Part shown: positions 10,091-22,189 of the stretch, one piece after another | Layout of the letters: each line of letters starts with the position of its first letter | Position numbering within the stretch: position 1 is the stretch's first letter | Assembly (NCBI GenBank): GCA_000320545.1 | Contig: ADNK01000266.1 | Coordinates: 1-64,000 of the forward strand | Direction: 5' to 3' | DNA: 64,000 nucleotides | DNA from: Bigelowiella natans CCMP2755 | Taxonomy: Eukaryota; Protista; Cercozoa | Notes under the pieces: generated by a model | Seen by the model: only the letters and a program-made list of their open reading frames with translations | What the model was told of the DNA's origin: nothing | Databases searched by the model: none | Program-made: the position numbers and the translations under genes

Positions 10091-12097
10091 TTACGAATCT
10101 CCAAATGCCGCTTCAAAATCAGCGAAATCATCCTCTTTCTCCTTCTTTTGCTCCTCCTTTTTTTCTACGGTTGGAGCCGTGGGGCTTGCTGTTGATGCTG
10201 GTGGTGTTGCGGACTTCGTGCCTGCTCCAGACAATGAAATTGAGTCGAATTCTGCATCGAAATCCGCAAAATCATCCTCGGTAGATGTTGCATTGTTCGC
10301 CGTTTTAGGCTTGCCCGTAGTCGTTGTCGTCGTCGTCGTGGCGAATGGGTCGTCATAGTAATCCTCACCGTCACCAGTCGAGTTAATCTTACCCTCCGCT
10401 ACCTCCTCAAATTCCTTCTCGGCCGAAGCTAAAGAGCCATTAGCCTGTGCCTGCGCCTCCCACTCTGTGTTGAAATCGTTCGCAGTGGAAGCGAAGGGAT
10501 CATCATTATTATCATAAACATCGCCGGTGGATGCGGTGTTGTTGTTATGCATGTAGTCAAACGATCCCATCGTTTGTTCCAGGTCCTCATCATCGGAGTC
10601 TTGCAGGTGCGTGTGCGGCCGCCGCCCACCTAACGTCGTATCCTGCCTCTTGTTCTCGTTAGCTAGATGGGACTCGACAAAGGCTTGCCAGCCAGAGACC
10701 TTGTCCAATGCGGCTCGCATAGTTTTGCTCTCAACCGCCGTCTCCTCCAGGGCGTTGGCGAATGTGATTAGATGAGCCGTATACCCCATTCTGTCAGCCT
10801 TATTCTTAGCTGACTTCTTTTCCTGCTCCTTGAAGCCTTTCAATATCGCCTCCGGGAGCTTGGCCTCCTGCATGAGGGACTTATCTCGGAGCGGACCCTC
10901 CCCAAAGGCGATAACAGATGTGACGATGTCGCGGACGAGGTTGTGTAGGATGTTGTTGAAGCTATACTGCAGCATTAGATCTACGAGCATCTTGAGAAGG
11001 CTATTCTTTATAAATACATCTTTGACTAAGTCCAGGGGTATCCTTATTAACTCTGCCAACAGCTTGATGAGATGGAGGCGTAACATGCCAAGAGGGGGGG
11101 TTAGCGTACCGTACTGCAGAGGTAAGGGCTTCGCCTCCTTAGATTCCGTATTTGAAAGAACCTTTGCCGCGTACGGTATAACCAAACTAGTAACATTTAT
11201 AATTGCCGATGGGACATCGTTGGAGAGCTCTTGGCTATTGTTGGGCGATATATTGGCTGCAATACGGGAGATGATGGCCTTCAACACCCGGAGCGAAGCT
11301 ATAGCACTGGATGGATGGGCTTTCTGGATGGCAAGATCGCACATCTTCTTCGTGCTATTCTTGCTTTCTAATTGCTGCAGAATCTCATTGGGATCTGTTC
11401 CCACGCTGCATGTCTCCGTGAGCGCGATTAAGGCGCTGGCTGTATTCTCCTGCGCGCTGGTGGAGCTGTTTTTCGAGCCATCCAGCTGCTCTAACAACGT
11501 ATCCATGAGCGGTGTCTGTGCTATCCATTGTAGTTCTCGCCTGCCATCGATGGTGACATCCCAGGCGACCATGATAAGCAGTTCCATCGCGCAGAAGAGC
11601 TCCATCTTCTTGGCAAACGCCAAGAGCACGTCTGTGTGATTCCTAAAATACTCCTCTAGATCATTGAAGTTTCTCTGAACCAATACCCCGACTACCTTCC
11701 GAAAGTATCCGCTATGCCGCGGATCGATTGGACCCTCCTTTTTAATGAACGAGAATAAAAGGGTAAGCAACCCCTCGTCCCGCACAACACCCTGCAGCAT
11801 CCCAGTCACTTCGCAAGCAAAAAGCTCAGAAGCAACATAAGGGAAGCGTTCCGCCTTCCGTTCCAACGCGTCTTTTGGAACATCGATGATGTAACGGATG
11901 AGTTTCTCGAGGATATCACGACCCGAGAGGAAATCTGTGAGGGGTTCATTGAAGAATTTGCACTCTTGGATGGTCTCATCATGGTTGAGGATTTCTTCCA
12001 GATCGGGACTATCAGCAGACAGGAGTTTTTCTATGGAGCTCTGGATTTCCCCTCCCGGGTCCTCGGTGTGCGCCCAGAACGATCCAGGATCATCCAT
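10091..12097 (-). CDS. SIT4/PP6 phosphatase-associated (SAPS domain) regulatory subunit, single coding exon
   Basis: 668-aa ORF. N-terminal LEEILNHDETIQECK..NEPLTDFL, RFPYVASELF, GYFRKVV, PPLGMLRLHLIKLLAEL, YSFNNILHNLV, RMGYTAHL are SAPS-family motifs. Acidic tail with repeated DFADF. Confidence 0.9.
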   Translation of the reverse strand: MDDPGSFWAHTEDPGGEIQSSIEKLLSADSPDLEEILNHDETIQECKFFNEPLTDFLSGRDILEKLIRYIIDVPKDALERKAERFPYVASELFACEVTGMLQGVVRDEGLLTLLFSFIKKEGPIDPRHSGYFRKVVGVLVQRNFNDLEEYFRNHTDVLLAFAKKMELFCAMELLIMVAWDVTIDGRRELQWIAQTPLMDTLLEQLDGSKNSSTSAQENTASALIALTETCSVGTDPNEILQQLESKNSTKKMCDLAIQKAHPSSAIASLRVLKAIISRIAANISPNNSQELSNDVPSAIINVTSLVIPYAAKVLSNTESKEAKPLPLQYGTLTPPLGMLRLHLIKLLAELIRIPLDLVKDVFIKNSLLKMLVDLMLQYSFNNILHNLVRDIVTSVIAFGEGPLRDKSLMQEAKLPEAILKGFKEQEKKSAKNKADRMGYTAHLITFANALEETAVESKTMRAALDKVSGWQAFVESHLANENKRQDTTLGGRRPHTHLQDSDDEDLEQTMGSFDYMHNNNTASTGDVYDNNDDPFASTANDFNTEWEAQAQANGSLASAEKEFEEVAEGKINSTGDGEDYYDDPFATTTTTTTTGKPKTANNATSTEDDFADFDAEFDSISLSGAGTKSATPPASTASPTAPTVEKKEEQKKEKEDDFADFEAAFGDS

Positions 12098-12818
12098 AGT
12101 GAGAGCAGAGAAACTACGAGTTGAGATTCTCCCCCTTTATGTTTCCTTATCGTACACTGCGAAGAATGAATATGGTTCACGAATAGTCACTTTTGTCCCC
12201 ACCCACACACTAACCCCCTCTATTGACATATATTTACAGCCAGTGCAATAGTAGAGTAGAGTAAGAATATATAATATTTAACAAGGCCCACACAATGAAT
12301 TACAAGGCTCGCACAAAGAATCTAAGTAGCGTGGACATATGAATCGACAGGCGACCGCCGAGCGGGTGAGGCACGCTCACCTGAAACTCAGATTCTGGGT
12401 TTAGACCCAGGTTAAGATCCAAAATCTACATAAAAATGATCAAATTAAGACAAATAGCCTATAATTATATCCCTTTATTCGCGTTTTTCAGCTCGCAGAC
12501 AACATACATAAAGCAGAAGGCAAACGTAGTTTGACAAGGCTAATCTAAATATACAAATTTCCCGAGAAGAAGCCAGCTTGGTTCATTAATATGAAAGATT
12601 ACCAAGTCGTACACAAAGTTTCTACTTCATCAATGTGGATACAACAATTTTTAGGAGTAATAGTTCAGTCTTAACTCTGGAAGCTGGCCACAAGGTATCT
12701 CCTATTACACATCTCCTGAGAGTCTCTGGAGCAGAAATATTGCAACGAGAAATCATGCGATGCTTTCTTTACAGCTATTTTGGCAACGTTCGGGCAATTA
12801 AATTGGCTTGTTTGGAGG

Positions 12819-12824
12819 TATAAA
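12819..12824 (+). promoter_or_regulatory. TATA-like element about 24 bp upstream of the 5S gene
   Basis: TATAAA at -24 from the 5S start; upstream TATA-like boxes are common for 5S genes. Confidence 0.5.
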
Positions 12825-12842
12825 ACAACACACTGCACTGAT

Positions 12843-12961
12843 GGATACGACCATACCACGACTAATACACCCGATCCCTGCCGAACTCGGAAGTTAAGCG
12901 TCGTTGGGACTCGTTAGTACTGCGGTGGGGGACCACGCGGGAACACGGCGTTGTTGTATCC
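12843..12961 (+). rRNA. 5S ribosomal RNA (119 nt)
   Basis: GGATACGACCATACC...CCGATCCC...GAACTCGGAAGTTAAGC...GTTAGTACT...GGGGGACCACGCGGGAA...GTTGTATCC. The 5' and 3' ends pair (helix I), a box A-like AGTTAAGC is present, and a T11 Pol III terminator follows immediately. Confidence 0.97.
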
Positions 12962-13019
12962 TTTTTTTTTTCCCTGCCCTGAGTCAATTTGCGACCGACT
13001 GTTCTCCCCATTGCGTTTC

Positions 13020-13720
13020 CTAGTGCAGCCATTTGATTCGATGGGTCATTTGTGCAGCACCGCTACGCCGCGGTGGAGATCACCTGCTAGCCTGGCCAGA
13101 CCTAGAGACAGCTAGACAGCAGATCCAAAGCTTTTGGAGCTAGCTAGCTAGTCCTCGAATCGTGGCGGCACATGTCACCTGATGGTTGACATGAATCGCG
13201 TGGTCAAATGCATGGTCAGTCCACCCGCCCCATCATTCAGCTGGGCTAGATGAGGTGCCAAAACACCAAGCCTGTCGCTGTCCGCCATGCCACGCTGGTT
13301 GGCACGCTAGGGCATGGACTAGCAGTGGACGACTGCATGCACACTAGCTAGCTAGCTAGCTAGCCAGCTAGCACAGCTAGCACGCTGGCATGCAGCGTCG
13401 CACATGATCAATGCTAGAATGCAATGAGCGCCCGATGCGTGCCAGCATGCATCTGCAGCAGTGCATGTTGCATGCGCACAATTTCATGTTGATCGAATGC
13501 TGGTCCGCCATGCGCACCTCTAGACCTACGATGCAGCTCTGCATCACACTGCCATGGCTAGATGGCTCATCATGCATTGCATGATCCGCCACCATGCAAC
13601 GTGCACGACTAACTTGCTCAACACAGATATGACAGTCTGTTCAAAAGGATGAAACAACTTCTAGTCGATGTGCGATGCTGATGCTGTGCAACTTTGCAAC
13701 ACTGGAACAGGAAGTAATGA
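13020..13720. repeat. Palindrome-rich intergenic block C
   Basis: (CTAG)n near 13140 and 13346, AATGCTAGAATGCAA at 13410, dense CATG/TGCA. Between the 5S end and the 3' end of the DnaJ gene. Confidence 0.75.
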
Positions 13721-13774
13721 GCTCACCTTCCATCACCTAAACTCTACACCTAATTAAATTCTACATAATGAACA

Positions 13775-15444
13775 TCATCTTTGCCTTGCGCGTGGACCAG
13801 AACTCGACATCGCTTTGAACTGAAACGGCATAGCACAGAACAAACGATATCGGTATGGAGAAATCACAGCATAGGGATGATTGTGTAACCATTTAGAATG
13901 CGATTCACTTACGAAAAAAAAGCCGCCCAGTCCAAGAATGATTGTCCACAAGCTTCGAGTAATACTACTGTCCATGTTCGCTGCAATATACACCAACAAT
14001 CATCCTTCCGAATGAGAAGAAAAACAATGACGAAACTGCTAATGTCGAGCATGCGGTGACGTTTATATTATGTCTAGTATGTATGCGGTATCACCACTCC
14101 AATTTCCAAGTAACAGGATGATCATATCGTCCGCCTGATTCGATGTTGACAGAAACCCGCATGAAACATCAACCGCAAACATGGCTACAAAATTATCATC
14201 TTCAAATATGGCAAAAGGACTAGATGTTGGTGGAATGCTGGCACTTCTAAGGAGAAATGAGAAACCATCAGCAAAACTCGGAAAAACTGTACATTAAATA
14301 GTTTTAGTCGTTAATATCACAACGTGCATGTGTTGGTATGAGACCCAGGATTGAATCTCGCTGGCACTACTGACTCCTCTCTCTCGGATCGGGAATGGTA
14401 TCCTTCCATCGCCTAGTTGCAGGGAATAAGCAGCACCAGTATTAGGTCGTTTTATGGTACAGCGACAAATAGCACATGATACAGATGAGCAGATAAAGCT
14501 TGGCATCTATACTTCAGTTGACGAAAAGCTCCTGTTTCAATTTGATACCTTTTTTATTCGCGGTTCCTCCGCGTCGCCCATCATGCCGCCGTTTCTTCTT
14601 CTGCGCATTGTGGTCTTCGTTTGCCTGAAAAGGGTGATCTTCGTCTTCGTCGTCGTCGTCGTCGTCATCTTCATTGTGGCCAAACTGCTGCATTGAGTTT
14701 TCTTGTGTGGAAGTGAATGGCAGGCTCCCGTTATATAGCCCAACAACCCATGACACCTGACGGTAGCGTGATGTGTCAATACGAAAGTATTATTATCATT
14801 TTTAGTAGAAGGAAAAGAAACAGCAGTAGTGGTAGCAGTAGAATTTAATCTGTGTATGAGATATTAGATCGGCAATGAGGAATAAGGAGAATCCCCCCCC
14901 CCCCCCCCCTACAGTTTGATTTAATCACGAAAAGGCATCATCATAATCGATGGCATGGCATGAGGAAGAGTAAATTATTGGTTGCTGTTGGTCTCTTTGT
15001 CCACTTGTGAGTGAGTTGTTGTTTGTGTTGTAGGAACTATCAGTAACCAGAGCTGAGCCTGAACCACTGCCGCCTGAACCGCGAAAAACCGCATACTCCC
15101 CTGTCTTTGGTTTGAGAGCGACTACTGCACGTAGATCGGGGATCTTCCCTCCTTCTCCTCCTCCTCCTCCATAACCACCACCTTTCTTGCTGCTGCTGCT
15201 GCTGCTGCTATGGAATTTGTCTTTGAAAAAACGTAGAAACTCGACTTGTCTTGTTTTGGAGATCCATCCGAGAGGAGAGGGGAGAGGTGGGTGGAGATTG
15301 GTGATGGGGAGGAGGTCCCGACGAGCGGCTTTCGAGGAACCAGCAAGCGACAGGACGCAGAAGGATGACGACGATGATGACGACGATGATAGTAGTGGTG
15401 ATGATGATGATGATGGTGATGATGATGTCGTAGCCTGTAAACGA

Positions 15445-15501
<57 letters not shown>

Positions 15502-15586
15502 AGGAAAAGAGATGAGAACAAATGCACCTATGCGTATGTAATGGTATACCACTGCATCCAAACTATTTTTCTTTATACAGTGAATA

Positions 15587-15618
<32 letters not shown>

Positions 15619-15810
15619 TGTGTGCGTGTGTGTTTCCGTGCATATCACTGAGGAAAAAAGAGAATCGTTTACTTCATTGGAAGAGGAGACGCCTGGCTGG
15701 TCGCCTTCCGCTGAGCGCTTCGGAAGGCGTGAGTACCCCTCGAAACTGAATAAAGACAATTTTTGAACAAAGAAGATTGGCTCAATGCAAGAATTTGCTA
15801 CCAAATTTTA

Positions 15811-15860
<50 letters not shown>

Positions 15861-16124
15861 AGCCACAAACCGGTAACATAAGTCGAAGTAATTCGATCCA
15901 TCCACACGGGGCACGAATGGTGTCTTCCGTCTGAAGAATTCCCAAATAATACGTTAGGCAAACAAGTAATCAAGACAGTAATATGGAGGTACTATGACAA
16001 CTAGTAACGGCGACGACGACAACGATGATGAAACATGGCGCTGACTTGCTCATCAGGGTGTAAAGCTCCGTTGGATGCGCGGAAAGACCATCATTCTTCG
16101 TTAATATCTCGACTGGCCACCTAC

Positions 16125-16162
<38 letters not shown>

Positions 16163-16779
16163 ACAACACAAATACGAATGGATTTAGGCTACTACTATTC
16201 TCCACATGTGAAAGAGGAAACCGGCAGCGGTCACGCAAACCACAAGCACGTCAGTTTGACAGATTGAAGATATTTTAGAAATTATCCCCAGCGACTGAAG
16301 ATCAGCCATCGGTATAAATATTCATCATACGTGCCCCCCATGACCTCATAGAGACACGGAGAGAGGGAAGAGTGAGTATTGAAACGAGAGGGGGGGGTGG
16401 GTAATCAGGGAAACAGAGCGTGTATACCCATCCTCGCGGATAATCGCTATCAATGACGAAGACGACGATGATGATGCTGAGAACATCCCCCGCTGATTTT
16501 CTGGCAAATTGAGGGCCTCAAACACTGCGCTGCGGACAGAGCTCTTACGCGCATCAATGTGGAAGAACTTGACCTGGCACCAACGTTCATATGATCACGT
16601 AATAGACGCACAGTATCAGCGTATGACTCTATAGCTCATGTTTTTCAATAGTATTATTTGGTCGATAGAAGTAAAGAATATGATCTTATCTCTACCTCCG
16701 GAATCCGCATTGCTGCATACGCAATGCCCAAGGAGGGGGCGGCTCTGGCGGATACGACAACTGCACGTACCTGTAAAGA

Positions 16780-16826
<47 letters not shown>

Positions 16827-18635
16827 GAGATTGTGTAAGGACAAACGTGCCTTCTTCTTCTGGAGCGCTGGTTAGGCCACCCATCTCATAATGATATCAC
16901 TAGTACTACCACCTTATCAGAACTCTGCTGTGAGAGAGCACCAACAATCTGTGCAGCGTTGATTGCAGCGCCCCTGAAAAAGGCAGTAGGATAAAGAAGG
17001 CAAGAACAGTAAATGTGTCGGTGCAGCAATGATTTGAGAGACACTGCTAATACTGCCGGCCAGTCATCTGGTAGCATGATCATCAGAAACATATTACTCT
17101 AAGCCAATAAGACAACAAAGATGCCTGCATCGATCATTAATTCCGTCATCGTCATCTTTTTCTTCTTCCTCTGTATTGTATCCTCTTGCTTTACATGGCG
17201 GCCGCGCATATCTCACCTGCTGTTGCTGCTGCTCCCCCCTCCTTTTGCGTAAGGAACTATTATTTTGATGGGGTTCGTCTGCGTCATGTGCTTGGTTGCA
17301 AAATCCATAATGTCTGACACGGTGACCCGCTGTTTTCTTCGGATACCTATTATTACGTTAACAGTAGGCCGAGGATGGAAAAGCAGCCAATACATTAGTA
17401 GAAGTAGTGTTTTATCAGAAGCTGTATGTAGCAGAATCCCCCCCCCCCCCCACCCCTACTCTACGGGTATTACTCATTCTTGATATGTGCTCTTTCCCGT
17501 TAACCTGAATGAATTATGGTATTTGTAGTAAATACGCACCGCGGAAAGGGGACATGTTGTATTCTTATATAATACGCACCACGCGAACAGCGACAATGGT
17601 TGGAAGCCGCCTCACGCCAAGTCTTTGAACAAGGTGCGAATCGTGGTCTTGTAGGATATCCGCCGGACGGAAAGCTGGCCAGGCTCGAGATGCAGCTTCC
17701 TCCCACACTGGTCGCATCTTATTAGGGAAAAAAATGGTTGCAAGCCGGAGTAATGATAAGTCAGACCATTTCTGTCAAGGAAAAGCGATAAAGAAGCGAT
17801 TCTGAAAAACGCACACGAATAGCTATACCTGCTCGCATGTCGTACAAATGAAGGAGTGGACAAAGATGAGCCAGAAGGAAACCTCTTTACCCTCCCAGAC
17901 CGCTCGTTCATTCGAAGCTTCTCGCCTTGATATCAGCAGGCCACAACAAACAACAATACATTTGCTATATTCGGACACACAGAAGACTACTCCTCTACCT
18001 CACTCACTTTCTTGCCAAAACCATCTAAACTTACCTCACAAATGCGCCATAATTCGAAGACGTAAGCCTTATGGTGCTCTTTAGAGCTTCTGGCTCGGGC
18101 CCCTGGGATACGTACATGTGCCGCCGCTGGTAGCGCACAATCTGGGGGTGGAGATTATCACCGCGGCGGATCGACAATTTTTTCTTCTCCCATTTCTTAC
18201 GTGCACTGGGATTGCTGAGTAGATCGTACGCCTCTTTCACCTGATGTGTAGAGTGGGGGGGGGGGGCAAGAATGAAGCGGCACCGTTGGAGGACGATGGG
18301 AGTCACGAGTGTATTTTCCCAATCAGATAAAGTCGAAGACAGAGTGGGTTCGAGGATAAATATCGATGAACCACCTCTCGAAATCGGCGTGCTGCCCCAG
18401 GGTCCTTGTTCTTGTCGGGGTGATAGGCTTTGGCCAGCTTACGGTATGCGTCTTTGATCTGCCTGTCAGATGCGCCCTTCCGCACCCCCAAGGCCTGGAA
18501 TGGATTAGTACGCAGTAGAGGCAAAGAACTAGCTCCATTGCTACCACTATTTCCTGCTCCGTGCTGAGCGAGTAACAGTAGCAGCAGCAGCGACATCGGG
18601 AATAGAGCTGCACCGTCGTCCATCGTTCTCCTCAT
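13775..18635 (-). CDS. Secretory-pathway DnaJ plus thioredoxin-like membrane protein (DNAJC16/ERdj-like), multi-exon; 3' exons tentative
   Basis: MRRTMDDGAALFPMSLLLLLLLAQHG hydrophobic leader. J domain NPFQALGV...IKDAYRKLAKAYHPDKN...FREV|KEAYDLLSNP. Thioredoxin-like LTSSNY...FWLIFVHSFICTTCEQ|MRPVWEEAA...LGVRRLPTIV. Further in-frame exons run down to a hydrophobic TIILGLGGFFFV near 13920. Confidence 0.75.
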
Positions 18636-19196
18636 TGATGGATGGCCGTCAGGGACGATCGATCGAAGATAATAAACGCAACGACTGACTCTGTATCTAA
18701 TGCCCCTCTCTCTTCGGAATGATGATGCACAGCAGCTGGGTCTACTTTCCACGCCAACCACGGCAAGGAAGGACGAGGAGCCTTCCTTCCTTTACCTCCT
18801 TGCGCGTTGGACTCCACAGGACAAGCCACTGGCTTCGTGTCTGTGTGAGATAATTCTGTATTTAGATACCTCCGGCTTAAAATATTGACAGGCACATCTT
18901 GTGCAAAATATTGAATAAAAGATTAGCGTCCTTAGGATGTTTCCGGGTCGAATTGTTTCCTGCGGAGTCCATGGCGAAATCTTCTACGGTCTTGTCGCGA
19001 GGGACTTGCAAAGCAGTTCCGGAAAACTCCGGGGTTACCAGCTGCGAAATATTTGCATTTTTCTTAAGCGACATCGATTATTTGGAGTTTTTTGGAAAAT
19101 TCGACGTGATCTCCGAGTGAGGGAGATACAAGCGGTGTTGCTGACACATCGGCTGCTGACACATCGATCTCCGGCTCTCCTTCCCTGCCCCGCCTG

Positions 19197-20866
19197 ATGA
19201 GTGGGAGCAGTAAAGAACTCTCCGTCATCGTACCCACGTCCGTGCACTGCATATTCTCGTGTGTTGGATAGGGGGAGGTGGCGGAGTAGGAAACTGATGA
19301 CGCGCCAGTGATGGTGACAGTCTCATCGTCAAGTGTTCTTCGTCGATAATCTTCTGCTAGGGCAGGAGATACGGAAAGCCGTCTCTGATACAAACGGAAT
19401 CTTTTTCAAAAATACGCAGGTACGATGAGTATGAGAACATTCGCGAGCTTTGCACAAGACTCTTCAAGGCGACAGGAAAGGTAATGCTATGGTTTATGGA
19501 CTCATGATAGGAATTCCCTGCTCATAGCATGTGAACGAGAATCGGGACATTGTTGCTCTATGCACGAAGCCTAGTAATTTCTACGATTCAATATCTACGA
19601 TAGGATTATTCTTTTAACTTCTCATTTTTTGTTATCGTGTTCTATTCCTACTGTCTTTGCCTTGACAATTAATTTAAATTGAATTGAATTGCTACTGTTT
19701 CTGTTGTGCCGGATATTACAACAAGGCTGGGCTCAAAGCTGAGCTTCTAGTGGTAGATGATGAGAGTAAGGTAAACCTATGGATATAATCATGATGGCGA
19801 TTATGATCATTAGAATGATGCAATGTGGTGGCGGTGTGCGTCATCTACACAAGCTACACCATCAATAGATATGCGACATCTCTAAGCTCCCTCTCCTCTC
19901 CCTCCTCTAACGTACTACCTATTGTCGAAACAGGGAACCAAGCAAACGGTGGACATCGTCAATGAGCTACAAAAATCCTACCCGGTGATTGGAGCACATT
20001 TCTCATTATATTCTCTCTTCCTTTTCCAGTTCGTTGTTTCTTTTTGTGTTCCTTCTTCTTCTTCTTCTTCTTCTTCTTCTTCTTTCCCGTGATGAGCCCC
20101 TCGTAGAACCATGCTGCATCTGAAGAATGCTACTTGCGACCGATGTTGTGCATTCCTACTCTGAGGAAGGAAGAAGAAAGACAAAATCATATTCTCTCTC
20201 TCTCTCTCTCTCTCTCCCCCCCCCCCCCCCTCTCTGTGTTTCTCTCCCTTGCATCAGCATTCCCCCTCACCCAAGTCTCGAAAATCTTGCATGAATTAGG
20301 GTTACTATCAAAATTTTGCTGTTTTTCTCCTTCTCCCCCTTTTCCAATTCTCCTTATCTTTCTTCTCACCTGCTGTGTTAGATTCGCATACACTGCCGCA
20401 GGAAAGCGGAAGGAAGGTTTCATCCTAACGACTACAATATATACTGCTGTACTCCAGTTACTCTTGCCTCCATAACAACTGTTACTTGTATGAATGTCAG
20501 AGGTTTAAGTTCTGCAGTGCTCTTAGGGTTCTCGAAAGCGAGGTAGTTGTGCTGCTACTCACTACACTGTATATGAAGATGAAGAATATTAATATTTGTG
20601 CGCGATGGTAACGTTGTGCGACTGAGCGAGACAAGAAGTCACTAGGTTTTTTCTGCAGCATTGAAGCCTCGCTAGATTAGCTAAATCTTCTGGATCTATA
20701 CCGAATCGTTTTTGCTTTTCTTTATTCTTGGGTTAGATACAACACACTCCTCTGCATGGATGCTGACTTGCAGCACGAGCCAGAGAGCGTACCTGCAGTG
20801 GCAAAGCCGGTTCTCGAAAGAAAGGTTCTTCGTTTTACAACTCGCTATCTCACTCGTCTCTTTCTT

Positions 20867-20959
<93 letters not shown>

Positions 20960-21612
20960 AATATTTTGTCTGTTCGATTTAAAAAACTAATACAGGCTGA
21001 GTTTTCTGTCGGCTCCAGAAATGTACCGGGGGGGGGGGTAGCTGCTTGGGCTTTACATCGTAATTACTAAAATAGCAACGCTATTGTTTTCCCCTCACTA
21101 TTCTTTCTTATTCATATATGTTAATTGGCCGTTCTTTCTTTCTTTCTTTCATCATCCATCAGGGAAGATAATTAGCGCCGGTGCAACGCTGTTAGCATGG
21201 CCATTGTCAGGCTCTACTGACCCGATGTCTGGATTCTTCTGCACAACGAAAGATGTTGGTTGGAGGGGGGGGGTGAGGGGGCGGAGGAGAGTGAGGAGGA
21301 TGGACCGACCCTTAACCCTACTGCTTTTACTATGTCTGCTTGGGGGGAATGAGAGCGTGATCTTGAATAGCACTCTCCTCAGTATAAGGGTGTAGGCTCG
21401 ATCAGTAGAAATAGGCATCAAAGTATTATAATGATGTATCTTTTCTTGTGTGGAACAACAGGTGCTAGCCCGAGGGGAAAATAGAATAAACCCCATTGGT
21501 TTCAAGGTTCATTCACACACACGCACGCATGGACAACGAACAACTTTGGAAATGCTCTCTCCCCTCATCTCTTGCGTTTGTGCGTGTGTGTGCGGGTGTC
21601 CTATTACTACTA

Positions 21613-21649
<37 letters not shown>

Positions 21650-21805
21650 CACTACTAGATCGGTTTAGAAATCATGACACGATGCCAATGCAAGTCAGTG
21701 CAGGACGTACCCATCATGTTCCAGGTAGTACTAGTAATGACCATTTACAATTCAATCCTCAACAACGTGTGTATGAATCGTAAGATGAAAGACTAGGCCG
21801 TTACA

Positions 21806-21841
<36 letters not shown>

Positions 21842-22186
21842 ACACTAGGTACTAGGCACACGGCACATCTACATACAGACACGCAAACAGTGCATATGTT
21901 TTTTTTAATGAACAATTTACATGATTTCCCAAAATTCCGACTTTTGCAGGATAGGGTCGCAGGCGAGAGTAAATTGTCTACCAAGCAGAACTTCTTGTAC
22001 CTGATGCAGCTGGCTTCGTTATATTTCCACAGGTAGCTGCTGGGTAGATCACCAATTTGTGAAACTGTACATGATCATGAAAATTTCATATTGGATTTTA
22101 GGTACCCGCTCGGTTCCTTCTTAGTTTTGCTACTTGCATTGCTCATCCTGCTGCTTCTACTTCAGATTGTCATGTCAGTTTTCTAA
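19197..22186 (+). CDS. DPM1: Dolichol-phosphate mannosyltransferase (GT2), multi-exon, with C-terminal transmembrane helix
   Basis: Spliced MSGSSKELSVIVPT|YDEYENIRELCTRL...ELLVVDDESK|GT...GLSSAVLLGF...CMDADLQHEPE...FSVGSR...RKIISAGA...DPMSGFF...IGFK|IGLEIM...DVPIMFQ|DRVAGESKL...YPLGSFLVLLLALLILLLLLQIVMSVF*. TAA at 22184-22186. Confidence 0.93.
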
Positions 22187-22189
22187 TGT

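Noticed and set aside
10830-11639. 269-aa plus-strand ORF, and similar overlapping ORFs in POLE (51174..51995 +, 51919..52830 -, 49819..50466 -)
   Set aside because: Shadow frames of long, codon-biased real exons, with no motifs of their own.
12350-12415. tRNA or tRNA-derived element suggested by a GGGTTTAGACCC T-arm-like hairpin
   Set aside because: No acceptor stem, D-arm or anticodon arm could be built, and the B-box GTTCRA is not matched.
18877-19393. Minus-strand ORFs 19064..19393 and 18877..19074 as a gene
   Set aside because: They overlap the DPM1 first exon, first intron and promoter on the opposite strand and show no domain signal.
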